DNA of 43,188 bases from Verrucomicrobiota bacterium (GCA_003217965.1 QHNB01000228.1:1-43188); one strand, 5' to 3'. Shown: positions 17,672 to 27,822, numbered from the stretch's first letter. Program-made: numbers and translations. Notes: generated by a model not told the origin, from the letters alone.

Positions 17672-17887
17672 CTCGATTGCTTCTGCTTTCGCCGCGCGTG
17701 TGAAAATCACCCGGAGCTTTTTCGCGGATGCCTCCTCAGCAGAATGCGTCCTGGAAAAATTGCACTCGAATTCGCAAGGGAGAGCGCGACATAAAAGCAT
17801 CGTCGTATTTACAACCCGTAACGATAGCTAGCGCGGTTGGCGCCGCAGGCATGCATTGACGACGGAGGAACCTAACGTTAATCGGGC

Positions 17888-19717
17888 ATGCACGGAATGA
17901 ATTTGCTCGAAGAACTTCAGGAACACGTCGTCTGCGGGGACGGGGCGATGGGGACGCTCCTGCTCGATCAAGGTCTTCCGATGGAGGCGTGCCTGGAAGA
18001 GATTTCCGTCAGCGATCCGGAGCGTGTCTGCGCGATCCATCGCGATTACATCGCGGCTGGCGCACGCGTAATTGAAACAAATTCCTTCGGAGCGAATGCA
18101 GCGCGGCTGGCGCGGTTTGGTCTCGAAGACCGCGTTGCGGAACTCAACAAAGCGGCGGCGCGAATTGCTGTCGAAGCGGCGCACGGCCATGATGTCTGTG
18201 TCGCAGGCAGCGTCGGCCCGCTCGGACTGAGCGCCCTGGACGCGGAGGAACGCGGAATTGACCGCGCAAAATGTTTTCGGGAACAAATCGAGGCACTACT
18301 CGATGGCGGGGTCGATCTGATTTTTCTGGAGACCTTCATGGACGATGCGGAGATGCAGATCGCTCTTCGGGCAAAGAAGTCGGTCAGTGATTGTGCAACG
18401 ATCTGCTCATTTGCGTGCGAACCGGAGGGGCGGCTGGCCTCAGGCGTTTCGATTGTGGAAGCGTTTTCAAAGCTGCGAGCGGCAGGTGTGCAGATTACAG
18501 GCGTGAATTGCATGAATGGTCCACACGCGACGGTTCAGTTACTTCAGCGCATTCCCATCGAGGGGCTGCTCGCTGCGTATCCAAACGCTGGCTATCCGCG
18601 CTATACGGAAGGTCGTTTCATCTACCACGCCGCGCCCGATTATTTCGCGCGCGCGGCCCGAGAGATGGTAGGCGAAGGAGCGCGCTTAATCGGCGGTTGT
18701 TGCGGAACCAACGCCCGAACCATCGCAGCCATCGCCAAATCGATCGAAAACTTGACGCCGGTGAAGTCAAAGCCGGTGCGTGTCATCGCGCCGCTTCCAA
18801 CCCCGACAAAAAAAATCGTGTCGGCTGAGGAAGAAAGCTTGCTCGATAAGATTGCCGCCGGGAAACGCGTGATCATTTGCGAATTCGACCCTCCCAAGAC
18901 ACTAGCTTTGGAAAAATTCTTCCAAGGAGCGCAAGAGCTTGTTCAAGCGGGCTGTGACGCGATCACATTGGCTGACAATTCGCTCGCTATCCTGCGTGTC
19001 AGCAATCTCGCCATTGGTGCAATGTTGAAGGAACGATTCGGTATCACTCCGCTGCTGCACTTGAGTTGTCGCGACCGCAATGTGCTCGGCTTACAGAGCG
19101 AACTCCTCGGCATGGCAGCGCTCGGTATGCGCCATGTGCTCCCGCTCACCGGTGATCCGGCCCGCGTGGGCGATCATCCCGGCGCGTCATCGGTTTATGA
19201 TGTGAACTCGATCGAGCTCATCTCGATCATCAAAAAATTGAATGAAGGATTCACTCATGCGGGCAAATCGCTGAAAACCCAAACCCGCTTTATCATTGGG
19301 TGTACGTTTAACCCGAATGCGAAGAACTTGGATTCCCAGGTGAACCGCCTCGAACGAAAAGTGGCGGCCGGCGCGCAATACGTGATGACGCAGCCGGTGT
19401 TTGATGTGGAGCTGGTTGCCGAAACGAAACGGCGAACGGCACATTTATCGATTCCGATCTTTATCGGTGTGTGGCCGCTGATGAGCTCCCGTCAAGCCGA
19501 GTTTCTGCACAACGAAGTTCCCGGAATCATTGTTCCGGAAGAGGTGCGGAAGCGGCTGGCGAATGTGCCAGCGGAGGATGCCCGGACCGTCGGTATAAAG
19601 ATTGCGCGGGAAATCACAGAAAACGTGCTTACGCACTTCCCCGGCGTGTATTTGATCACGCCATTTCTTAATTTCGAATCGACTTGCGAGCTCGCTCAAT
19701 TTGCGCGCAAGGTATGA
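17888..19717 (+). CDS. yitJ: Bifunctional homocysteine S-methyltransferase / 5,10-methylenetetrahydrofolate reductase (YitJ-like fusion)
   Basis: 609 aa. The N-terminal half is the Hcy-binding domain (VIETNSFGAN, GVNCMNGP, GGCCGTN zinc Cys). The C-terminal half is MTHFR-like (ICEFDPPKT, ITLADNS, HLSCRDRN, GAQYVMTQPVFD). Confidence 0.88.
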   Translation: MHGMNLLEELQEHVVCGDGAMGTLLLDQGLPMEACLEEISVSDPERVCAIHRDYIAAGARVIETNSFGANAARLARFGLEDRVAELNKAAARIAVEAAHGHDVCVAGSVGPLGLSALDAEERGIDRAKCFREQIEALLDGGVDLIFLETFMDDAEMQIALRAKKSVSDCATICSFACEPEGRLASGVSIVEAFSKLRAAGVQITGVNCMNGPHATVQLLQRIPIEGLLAAYPNAGYPRYTEGRFIYHAAPDYFARAAREMVGEGARLIGGCCGTNARTIAAIAKSIENLTPVKSKPVRVIAPLPTPTKKIVSAEEESLLDKIAAGKRVIICEFDPPKTLALEKFFQGAQELVQAGCDAITLADNSLAILRVSNLAIGAMLKERFGITPLLHLSCRDRNVLGLQSELLGMAALGMRHVLPLTGDPARVGDHPGASSVYDVNSIELISIIKKLNEGFTHAGKSLKTQTRFIIGCTFNPNAKNLDSQVNRLERKVAAGAQYVMTQPVFDVELVAETKRRTAHLSIPIFIGVWPLMSSRQAEFLHNEVPGIIVPEEVRKRLANVPAEDARTVGIKIAREITENVLTHFPGVYLITPFLNFESTCELAQFARKV

Positions 19718-19889
19718 CGATCTGATTTTCGCAGTATGCTATCCGGCCGATTAAGTGATGTTTCTCTTTCACGGTCAGATTTAACAAGTGTGAGGTGCAA
19801 ACTCATTGGCCCGGATTGGAGATTGCGTCGCTCAACTTTGCGGCTAGGCGGGGCCATGAAAATTATAAGTACCTGGTAACGAGGACATA

Positions 19890-21743
19890 ATGTATTTTAC
19901 AGAATTTGAAGTGCTTGTGATTGGTAGCGGTCACGCTGGAATAGAGGCAGCTTTGGCCTCGGCTCGGCTCGGCTCTCGAACGCTGATTTTGACCCAGAAC
20001 CTGGACACAATTGGCCAAATGTCTTGTAACCCGGCTATCGGAGGATCGGCCAAGAGCCATATCGTGAAGGAGATCGACGCTCTCGGTGGCGCAATGGGGA
20101 TCAATGCGGACGCAACCGGCATTCAATTTCGGACTCTGAATAAGAGCAAGGGACGAGCGGTCTGGGCGACTCGTGTTCAGTGCGACAAAAAAGCCTACCA
20201 ATTCCGCTTGAAGGCGGTTTTAGAACGAACGCCCAATCTGAGTTTGTTACAGGGCACAGCCGCTGGGCTGAGGGTTAAAAATGGCAGCATTGCCAGCGTG
20301 ACGACCGATTTGGGTGTAGAGATTAGGGCGAAGACGGTAGTAATAACAGCGGGCACTTTCTTGCGCGGCTTGCTGCACGTGGGCGAGCACTCTAAGGCTG
20401 GTGGTCGAATGGGAGATGCAGCCTCGAGCTTAAGCGACAATATCCGGGGGTTAGGCTTCGAGTCGGGCCGATTCAAGACCGGGACTCCATGCCGAATAAA
20501 TGGCCAGTCGATAGATTTCAACCGCCTGGAGATACAAGAGGGCGACGAACCCCCGCCCCGCCTGTCATTTCTCAGCAGAATTGCACGTGGACGCGATGAC
20601 CTGTTCACGCTGAATTTCGCCGCGGATGGCATGTTCCACGTGGAACAACTCCCTTGCTGGATCACTCACACGACACCGGTTACCCACGAAATCATTCGCT
20701 CAAATCTCCATCGTTCTCCCCTTTACCAGCGCAGGATCAAAGGCACAGGACCCCGATATTGCCCCTCAGTTGAAGACAAGGTCGTTCGCTTTGCGAACAA
20801 AGAATCACACCAACTCTTCCTCGAGCCGGAGGGTCGGCACTCGGACGAGTTTTATGTAAATGGAGTTTCAACCAGCTTGCCCTTCGACGTCCAATTAGCA
20901 CTGATCCATTCGGTTCCAGGATTGGAGCGAGCGGAAATTCTTCGCGCCGGCTATGCCGTCGAATACGACTATTTTGAGCCCACTCAGCTTCATCCTACTT
21001 TGGAGACCAAGCGTATACCTGGCTTGTTTTTTGCCGGGCAGATCAATGGCACATCCGGTTATGAGGAAGCGGCCGGGCAGGGATTGATTGCCGGAATAAA
21101 CGCTGCTCTGAAGGTCCAAGGACGTCCTGCATTCGCACTCTCAAAGGACATTAGCTACATTGCCGTCCTGATCGACGATCTCATTACTCGCGGAACAGAC
21201 GAACCATATCGTATGTTTACTAGTAGAGCCGAAAATCGCCTCAGCCTACGCGAGGATAATGCTGATCTGCGCCTAACTGAATTGGGTGCAGAGATTGGTC
21301 TTGTCACTCCAGCCCGCAACCTGGAAACGCAAAGGAAACGCCGCGAGATCCGGGAGTTGGAGAATGCAATTGACAGCTTGTGGCTTAACGGCAGGCCGCT
21401 AAAGCAGGCAATGAAGGACCCAATCTTTTCAGCAGAAGCGATTCCGGTGGAGGTATTTGAGCTGGCGAGTCGCGCCGCTTGGGAGCACGTCATCGCCGAC
21501 GCGAAGTATGCAGGATACATCGCGCGATACAAGCGAGACGATTCGAGGTCCTACGCGAGAGGTGACCGCTCAATACCAGATGGGCTCGATTTTGCGGCAA
21601 TTCCTGGTTTGAGGAATGAAACACGTCAAAAGCTTGAGCGATTTCGGCCAGTAAGTTTGGAAGGTGCAAGACGGATTTCCGGAATAACCCCAGCAGATCT
21701 CTCAATTATAGACCTCTGGCTGAGTTCAAGGCATTTATCATAG
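19890..21743 (+). CDS. mnmG: tRNA uridine-5-carboxymethylaminomethyl synthesis enzyme MnmG (GidA)
   Basis: 617 aa. It shows FEVLVIGSGHAGIEAA, NPAIGG and GPRYCPSVEDKVVRF. Confidence 0.95.
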   Translation: MYFTEFEVLVIGSGHAGIEAALASARLGSRTLILTQNLDTIGQMSCNPAIGGSAKSHIVKEIDALGGAMGINADATGIQFRTLNKSKGRAVWATRVQCDKKAYQFRLKAVLERTPNLSLLQGTAAGLRVKNGSIASVTTDLGVEIRAKTVVITAGTFLRGLLHVGEHSKAGGRMGDAASSLSDNIRGLGFESGRFKTGTPCRINGQSIDFNRLEIQEGDEPPPRLSFLSRIARGRDDLFTLNFAADGMFHVEQLPCWITHTTPVTHEIIRSNLHRSPLYQRRIKGTGPRYCPSVEDKVVRFANKESHQLFLEPEGRHSDEFYVNGVSTSLPFDVQLALIHSVPGLERAEILRAGYAVEYDYFEPTQLHPTLETKRIPGLFFAGQINGTSGYEEAAGQGLIAGINAALKVQGRPAFALSKDISYIAVLIDDLITRGTDEPYRMFTSRAENRLSLREDNADLRLTELGAEIGLVTPARNLETQRKRREIRELENAIDSLWLNGRPLKQAMKDPIFSAEAIPVEVFELASRAAWEHVIADAKYAGYIARYKRDDSRSYARGDRSIPDGLDFAAIPGLRNETRQKLERFRPVSLEGARRISGITPADLSIIDLWLSSRHLS

Positions 21744-21746
21744 CGA

Positions 21747-22358
21747 GTGATTTACGCGATCACGATACTCGTGAGCTATCTTATCGGAGCTGTTCCCTTT
21801 GGGGTCTTCGCGGGGCAATTCGCTGGCATTGATATCCGCCAACACGGGAGCAAAAACATTGGGGCGACCAACGTTGTTCGTACGCTTGGAAAAAAGTACG
21901 GAATTGCGGTCTTTCTTGCCGACGCGCTCAAAGGATTGATTGCCGTGCGATTAGCGGTTTGGTTCGCTGGAGCTGACCCTTTTTATAGAAATTCTCTAGG
22001 CGTTCTCGCCGCGCTTTTTGTGGTGATCGGCCATTCCTTCCCTGTCTGGCTTCGGTTTCGTGGAGGAAAGGGCGTCGCCACGTCGGGCGGTGCCTGTCTG
22101 GGGCTCCTGCCTGTGCCGACATTGGTCAGCGGTCTCGTTTGGATTGTGGTGTTCTTGGCGTTCAGATACGTTTCAGTTGCGTCAATTGCGGCGATCGCCT
22201 CGCTTCCGCTAACTGTATGGTTTCTTTCGGATCGCGGTAATTCGAACTATCTAATGCTTGGCTTTTCAGCCTTCATTGCCGTTCTCGTGACTTGGCGCCA
22301 TCGAGAGAACATCGTTCGGCTAATACGTGGCACAGAGCCTCGGTTCGACCGCAAGTGA
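21747..22358 (+). CDS. plsY: Acyl-phosphate:glycerol-3-phosphate acyltransferase PlsY
   Basis: 203 aa, polytopic. It shows YLIGAVPFG, GSKNIGATNVVR and FRGGKGVAT. The GTG start lies 3 nt after the mnmG stop. Confidence 0.92.
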   Translation: MIYAITILVSYLIGAVPFGVFAGQFAGIDIRQHGSKNIGATNVVRTLGKKYGIAVFLADALKGLIAVRLAVWFAGADPFYRNSLGVLAALFVVIGHSFPVWLRFRGGKGVATSGGACLGLLPVPTLVSGLVWIVVFLAFRYVSVASIAAIASLPLTVWFLSDRGNSNYLMLGFSAFIAVLVTWRHRENIVRLIRGTEPRFDRK

Positions 22359-23350
22359 GACGCACTGCAATCATCGGTGCGGGAGGCTGGGGTACCGCTT
22401 TAGCGGCACTGTGGGCCACCGATGGGCGGTCAATTTCACTGTGGGGCAACAATCCACAGCGAATCGATCGCGTCCGAACATCGCGCGAGAATCCAGATTA
22501 CCTTCCCGGCGTGAAGCTGCCGTCGAATGTGGACGCGACGCATGAGTTTGCCGATTGCGGGAATGCCGATCTTGTCGTTTTCGTTACTCCCTCTCTAGCG
22601 ATGCGCCAGGTGGCAAGTCGCATTCGCGCTGCCGGCATCAAGGAAAACGCCGTCCTGCTCAGCTGTACAAAAGGGATAGAACACGACACTGGGTTACGGA
22701 TGAGCCAGATTTTAGCGGAAATTTTCCCGTCGCATACGATGGCGGTGCTATCAGGGCCTAATCTGGCGATTGAAGTGGCGCGCGGGCTGCCGACGGCGAC
22801 TGTAATCGGATGTGCTGATGAGCGCTGCGCCGCGGGCCTTCAAACGTTTTTAGGAAGTGAGCTCTTTCGTATTTACACGAGTAGTGATGTGACGAGCATT
22901 GAGCTGGGCGGAGCATTAAAGAACGTTTTTGCGATCGCAGCTGGAGCGAGCGACGGGCTAGATCTCGGCGATAATTCCAAAGCGGCTCTGGTGACACGCT
23001 CTCTCGCTGAATTGCTGCGTCTTGGTTCCGCTATGGGCGGAAACCCGCGCACCTTCTATGGTTTGAGCGGTGCAGGCGATCTGATTGCGACCTGTTTTAG
23101 CAAGCACAGTCGTAATCGCCGAGTGGGCGAGCGGCTCGGCCGGGCCGAGACGCTCGCCAGCATCCAAGCGGACATGCAGATGGTTGCGGAGGGAGTGCCG
23201 ACGGCGCGCAGCGCATTTCAATGCGCGCGCAGGCTTGGAATTGAGACGCCGATTATCGATCAAGTCCACGCTGTCCTTTACCAGGGTAAACCGTTGCGCG
23301 CAGCAATGCAGGATCTGCTCGGCCGTGATCCCAAATCAGAACGGCTTTAG
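22355..23350 (+). CDS. gpsA: NAD(P)H-dependent glycerol-3-phosphate dehydrogenase
   Basis: I place the start at GTG 22355, which overlaps the plsY TGA as GTGA and gives VRRTAIIGAGGWGTALA. It also shows GALKNVFAIAAG. The longer ORF-track start at 22292 lies inside plsY. Confidence 0.92.
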   Translation: MRRTAIIGAGGWGTALAALWATDGRSISLWGNNPQRIDRVRTSRENPDYLPGVKLPSNVDATHEFADCGNADLVVFVTPSLAMRQVASRIRAAGIKENAVLLSCTKGIEHDTGLRMSQILAEIFPSHTMAVLSGPNLAIEVARGLPTATVIGCADERCAAGLQTFLGSELFRIYTSSDVTSIELGGALKNVFAIAAGASDGLDLGDNSKAALVTRSLAELLRLGSAMGGNPRTFYGLSGAGDLIATCFSKHSRNRRVGERLGRAETLASIQADMQMVAEGVPTARSAFQCARRLGIETPIIDQVHAVLYQGKPLRAAMQDLLGRDPKSERL

Positions 23351-23940
23351 GGCTGTAATTGTTGGCAGACGTTTTCGAGCGCTTCCGGGTACAGGATATG
23401 TTCGACGGTCTGGATTCGGGCATGGAGCGTTTCTGGTGTATCGCCGCTGAGCACGGGCACCGCGCGCTGTGCTATGACGTCCCCGTGATCGATTTGCTCA
23501 TCGACGAAGTGAACCGTGACTCCGGTGACCTTCTCGCCGCCGACAAGGGCTTGTTTCCACGCCTCGAGCCCTGGAAATTTTGGCAAGAGCGACGGGTGAA
23601 TATTAATGATTCGCCGCGGAAATGCACTGAGCATCTGCTCCTTCAATACGCGCATGAAACCGGCAAGGACGACCAGCTCCACTTTCGCTTCCTGTAGCAT
23701 TTCGACGAGTTCCGCTTCGGCGGCGGGCTCAAGCCTGGTTCGGAAACGTCCAGGAGGTAGATATGTATTTGGCACTCCAAACTCGCGTGCAATATCAAGA
23801 ATGGGAGCGCCGAGCACGTCGGAAATCACTACCTTTACTTCGGCCGATAATTTGCCGTCCCGAATATGTTGCAGAATGGCGCGACAATTAGATCCTTTGC
23901 CCGACCCCAAAATTGCGATGGGAACGATCACGATCCGCAA
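23347..23940 (-). CDS. purN: Phosphoribosylglycinamide formyltransferase
   Basis: 197 aa. It shows LGSGKGSN, LAGFMRVL, NIHPSLLPKFPG and VHFVDEQIDHGDVI. Confidence 0.92.
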   Translation of the reverse strand: MRIVIVPIAILGSGKGSNCRAILQHIRDGKLSAEVKVVISDVLGAPILDIAREFGVPNTYLPPGRFRTRLEPAAEAELVEMLQEAKVELVVLAGFMRVLKEQMLSAFPRRIINIHPSLLPKFPGLEAWKQALVGGEKVTGVTVHFVDEQIDHGDVIAQRAVPVLSGDTPETLHARIQTVEHILYPEALENVCQQLQP

Positions 23941-24431
23941 GCTTTGATCCTTTCGAGCAATTCCGACGTCGAATAGCCCGGCTCGAAGGGAATGATTTCG
24001 ATTTTACTCCCGGTCTTCTCCAGCACCTCGCGCTCGGCGGCATCGAGCGTTTCGGCTGTGTAATCGCCGCCTTTCACGTAAACGTCAGGTCGAGCCGCGG
24101 CGAGGAATTTTGTGGCCCGCGTTTCGGGGAAAATCACGACGTAATCGACCGATTCAACTGCGGCCAACACTTCCGCCCGGTCTTGTTCCCGATTTACGGG
24201 TCGGCCCGCTCCTTTCAATTGCCGCACCGATTTATCTCCATTTAAACCAACCACGAGGACATCGCCTTGAGCTTTTGCGGCCGCGAGGTAACGGACGTGG
24301 CCGACGTGCAGGATATCGAAGCAGCCATTCGTGGCGACAATGCGTTTTCCCTCGGATTGCAACCGTTGGGATTCCGCAGTGAGTTGCGCGAACGAGATTA
24401 TTTTATTTTTCAAGTTGCTGGGACGACGCAT
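23928..24431 (-). CDS. D-glycero-beta-D-manno-heptose-1-phosphate adenylyltransferase (stand-alone RfaE domain II, cytidylyltransferase fold)
   Basis: 167 aa. It shows TNGCFDILHVGHVRYL and DYVVIF. It overlaps purN by 13 nt and the lipid kinase by 22 nt. Confidence 0.85.
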   Translation of the reverse strand: MRRPSNLKNKIISFAQLTAESQRLQSEGKRIVATNGCFDILHVGHVRYLAAAKAQGDVLVVGLNGDKSVRQLKGAGRPVNREQDRAEVLAAVESVDYVVIFPETRATKFLAAARPDVYVKGGDYTAETLDAAEREVLEKTGSKIEIIPFEPGYSTSELLERIKACGS

Positions 24432-25294
24432 CGCAAAGCCTTCGGCAGTAGCTCGAATGTTGCCGGCTCGTTGCCAATCAATTCACCATCGACATTGAAC
24501 CACATACCCGGTTTCGACCTGATGCCGATCTTCCTGGCGCGATGGAAAATTATCGCGTCCGAGGTCAAGTGCTTGCCGACAAGGATTTGCGCGGCGAGCA
24601 AGACAAGATCGGCCTTCCCGCGCTCTGGGAGCAGGAGCACATCAAGCAATCCGTCCACAATATCGGCTTCTGGCGCGACCGGAATGCCGGCGGCAACGTA
24701 GCGGCCATTTGCGACAATCACGTTGTAGAGATCGAGCTCCAGCGCCTCTCTATCGTCAAGAGTAACACGCGTCGTGTAACCGCGTAGTTGCGGAAAGGCC
24801 GCGGCGGCGGAGCGCAAATAGGCGAGTGGTCCCCAAGTCTTCTTCATTTCCGGAGTCAGTTTTTCATCAACGAGCCCGCTGAAACCACCGGACGATACAT
24901 TGACGAAATACCGGACGAAATCGCTTGTCACGCGCACGAGATCAATTTCGCGAATCTGACTCCGAAGAATGTGTTCAATCGCTTCATCAATATCAATTGG
25001 AAGACCGAGGGTACGCGCGAAATCGTTCCCTGTGCCCAAGGGGACAAGGGCCAGAATAATGTCACCGCCTGCGGCCGCGATTCCATTTACCACTTCGTTA
25101 AGTGTGCCGTCGCCGCCAGCCGAAACGATTTGGTCGAATCCGGCTTCGACCGTTTGACGCGCCAGCTTTTCTATCTCGCCCGGTTTTTCGCTGATGTGTA
25201 GCCGCGCCGGATGCAACGCACCCAATCGCTCGCGAATGGAATCGACATCTTTCACCGCGCCGGCGATCGGGTTCAGAATCACGCATGTCTTCAT
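24410..25294 (-). CDS. Diacylglycerol-kinase-family lipid kinase (YegS/BmrU-like)
   Basis: 294 aa. It shows VILNPIAG, SAGGDGTLNEVVNG and LGTGNDFAR. Confidence 0.85.
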   Translation of the reverse strand: MKTCVILNPIAGAVKDVDSIRERLGALHPARLHISEKPGEIEKLARQTVEAGFDQIVSAGGDGTLNEVVNGIAAAGGDIILALVPLGTGNDFARTLGLPIDIDEAIEHILRSQIREIDLVRVTSDFVRYFVNVSSGGFSGLVDEKLTPEMKKTWGPLAYLRSAAAAFPQLRGYTTRVTLDDREALELDLYNVIVANGRYVAAGIPVAPEADIVDGLLDVLLLPERGKADLVLLAAQILVGKHLTSDAIIFHRARKIGIRSKPGMWFNVDGELIGNEPATFELLPKALRCVVPAT

Positions 25295-25397
25295 CAGTTT
25301 GCGCGACAGTTTCGCCGCCAGCGCATGCGAGGCAATCGTGGTAAACAGTTTTGCACTTGCCTTGAACGAGCATCGGTTGATTGATAGGGGCCCCGCG

Positions 25398-26150
25398 ATG
25401 CCAAAAGAAAATTCCGCAAAAAAAACGGGTGCTTATCAGATATCTGAAGGCCCCGTGACCTCATCCTCCTTGCATGGAGGCGTGAAAGACGCAGCCGGGG
25501 ACATGCCTCTGCCCGCGCATTACGGGAGGCCGTTGCTGCTAGCGGTCGCGCGCGATCCACGCACGCTTTTTGTTTGCTGGAGTGTTGACTGGCCATCGGC
25601 GTTTGCGAACGGAGTGCCAGCCGATCGCCGCGCCCACGTCCGCCTCCGCTCAAATGACGAAGACAGGACGGTCGGTGTTGAACCCACAGTCGGCAGCTGC
25701 GTGATCGAAGCGCTGAAACCGGGAGAAACGTATATGGTCGAGCTCGGTTATTACGCGCCGGCGGATTCATGGAACGTGATCGTGACGGGTAACGAAGTGA
25801 TGATGCCATTCGAATCGGAATCGCCCCACGAGGCCATCGATGTCGCGACCGTTCCATTTCATCTCACCTTTCAACGGATGTTGGATATTTTTCGCGTGTC
25901 GAATGGCGGCGATTTTCTGAACGCTCTCGCTCGCCTTCAGGAACGAGCCGCTGCGCCTGCAGAGCTGACCGGAGAAGAGAAAGGGGTTCTGCAGGCACTC
26001 GATCTCTCCGAGGCAGAGCTGCGCAATGTTGCTGCTTATCGCGAGGCGCTTACCAAGTCGGAAAGAATCCGTGATCGCAGCGAGAAGCTTTTCGGATTTG
26101 GCGGGGCTAGCCCAGGCCAAGGATTCGGCAGCAGCAGTTGGAGTCAGTAA
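25398..26150 (+). CDS. DUF4912-like protein
   Basis: LPAHYGRPLLLAVARDPRTLFVCWSVDW resembles the DUF4912 N-terminal signature. I place the start at ATG 25398. The ORF-track start at 25194 overlaps the divergent lipid-kinase gene. Confidence 0.55.
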   Translation: MPKENSAKKTGAYQISEGPVTSSSLHGGVKDAAGDMPLPAHYGRPLLLAVARDPRTLFVCWSVDWPSAFANGVPADRRAHVRLRSNDEDRTVGVEPTVGSCVIEALKPGETYMVELGYYAPADSWNVIVTGNEVMMPFESESPHEAIDVATVPFHLTFQRMLDIFRVSNGGDFLNALARLQERAAAPAELTGEEKGVLQALDLSEAELRNVAAYREALTKSERIRDRSEKLFGFGGASPGQGFGSSSWSQ

Positions 26151-26310
26151 TTAAGCAGGAGAGTGTCCGTTCGCGGCAGAAGTGACGATTTGCGCTTCGG
26201 CCGCAGCTTATCGTGGACAGCTAACGCTAATAGCCGCTATTCGCAAATGCGCGGACAACCTGGTTTAGAGTCGGCGAGAGCAGTCCTTGCACCGCTTTCG
26301 GAAGCGGCAG

Positions 26311-27816
26311 TTAGGTGGTCAGCTTAATTCCTTCCGGCATCTCCGGCGGCGGCTCGCTAATGCGACTGTGATTTTTCCCGTAGGTGAAGTAGAAGACGAG
26401 CCCGATCGCGAGCCAAACGATGAGCCGTAACCAGTTCGTCCATCCGAGGCCGTAGATCATCGCGCCGCAGACGATGATGCCAAGCGTTGCGACAAGCGGC
26501 GCGGCCGGGACACGGAATCCGCGTTCTAATTCAGGGCTCCGCCTCCGCATGATCCAGACGCCCGCGCAGACAAGCATAAACGCAAATAAGGTTCCGATGC
26601 TGGTCATTTCGCCGGAGACATCTGCTGGAACGAATGCAGCAAACAGCCCGGTGAAGAGGAAAAACAACATGTTGGATTTGTATGGCGTTCGGAATCGCGG
26701 GTGCACCTCTGAGAAAATTTTCGGAACAAGGCCGTCGCGACTCATGGAAAAGAAGACGCGGGACTGGCCAAGCAGCATCACAAGGATCACCGACGAAAAT
26801 CCGGCGAGAATCGCTACCGTGACTGATCTCGACAGCCACTCATAACCACTCATATATTTGGTGATCGCAAACGCGACGGAAGCTTCACGGCCCGCTGCCC
26901 GGAAATCCTGGACTGTTGCCACCCCGCTCAGCACCCAAGAGAACAACACGTAAAGAATAGTGCAGACCCCCAACGACCCGAGAATGCCGATTGGCATATC
27001 GCGCTTAGGGTTCCTGGCTTCCTGCGCGGCGGTCGAGACTGCATCGAAACCGATATAGGCGAAGAAGACAACGCCCGCTGCACCAAGGATCCCAAGGATT
27101 GCGCCGTATGCATGCGTGATACCCTGCGGCGTCACGTAAGTCGTCGGCGTGGGAATCAGCGGCGTGTGGTTTGCCGGATTTATGAATTGCCAACCAATGC
27201 CGATAAAGAGCAACACGATACTCACCTTCAACAGGACGATAAGTCCATTAACGAGAGCGGATTCCTTTGTTCCGCGGATAAGCAACGCCGTCAGGACGAA
27301 CAAAATGAATAAAGCTGGCACGTTCATGATCCCATGAACCCCAGTCAGGTCGTGTTCGAATGGGGAATGCGACCACTGATAAGGAATGCGCAGCCCAAAC
27401 CAATCGAGGACGCGATTGGCGTACTCGCTCCACGCAATGGAAACAGTTGAGGCGGCTACGGCATATTCGAGGATTAGATCCCAACCGATGATCCAGGCGA
27501 CGAACTCACCCATAGTTGCGTAGGAATAGGTGTAGGCACTGCCCGCGACCGGGATCATTGAAGCAAATTCCGCGTAACAAAGACCCGCAAATGTGCAGCC
27601 GATGCCTGCGACGATAAACGCGAGGACAACAGATGGGCCCGCGCGGTCAGCGATGGCGGCAGCGGTCCGCACAAACAAACCGGCGCCGATAATTCCGCCG
27701 ATGCCCAGCGCAACGAGGTTAATGGGGCCGAGCGAGCGTTTGAGGCTGTGCTCGCCGACTTCCTGTGCTTCCGCCATCAGCCGAGCGAGCGGCTTTTTCG
27801 CAAATAGATCTGCCAT
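26311..27816 (-). CDS. APC-superfamily amino-acid permease (CAT-like)
   Basis: 501 aa with about 12-14 TM segments. It shows LKRSLGPINLVALGIGGIIGAGLFV and YAEFASMIPVAGSAYTYSY. Confidence 0.88.
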   Translation of the reverse strand: MADLFAKKPLARLMAEAQEVGEHSLKRSLGPINLVALGIGGIIGAGLFVRTAAAIADRAGPSVVLAFIVAGIGCTFAGLCYAEFASMIPVAGSAYTYSYATMGEFVAWIIGWDLILEYAVAASTVSIAWSEYANRVLDWFGLRIPYQWSHSPFEHDLTGVHGIMNVPALFILFVLTALLIRGTKESALVNGLIVLLKVSIVLLFIGIGWQFINPANHTPLIPTPTTYVTPQGITHAYGAILGILGAAGVVFFAYIGFDAVSTAAQEARNPKRDMPIGILGSLGVCTILYVLFSWVLSGVATVQDFRAAGREASVAFAITKYMSGYEWLSRSVTVAILAGFSSVILVMLLGQSRVFFSMSRDGLVPKIFSEVHPRFRTPYKSNMLFFLFTGLFAAFVPADVSGEMTSIGTLFAFMLVCAGVWIMRRRSPELERGFRVPAAPLVATLGIIVCGAMIYGLGWTNWLRLIVWLAIGLVFYFTYGKNHSRISEPPPEMPEGIKLTT

Positions 27817-27822
27817 GAGTCG

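Noticed and set aside
22292-22354. Longer gpsA start inside plsY.
   Set aside because: The Rossmann motif IIGAGGWG follows immediately after GTG 22355, which overlaps the plsY stop as GTGA. That is a typical coupled start, and the extension has no homology.
25194-25397. 68-codon N-terminal extension of the DUF4912-like ORF.
   Set aside because: It overlaps the 5' end of the divergent lipid-kinase gene by 101 nt, and its translation is Cys/Arg-rich and not protein-like. The internal ATG 25398 is followed by a typical hydrophilic N-terminus.
26280-26310. Hairpin CCGCTT-TCGG-AAGCGG between the convergent DUF4912 and permease genes, considered as a bidirectional terminator.
   Set aside because: The stem is only 6 bp and has no flanking T or A tract on either strand. 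That is insufficient to call an intrinsic terminator.
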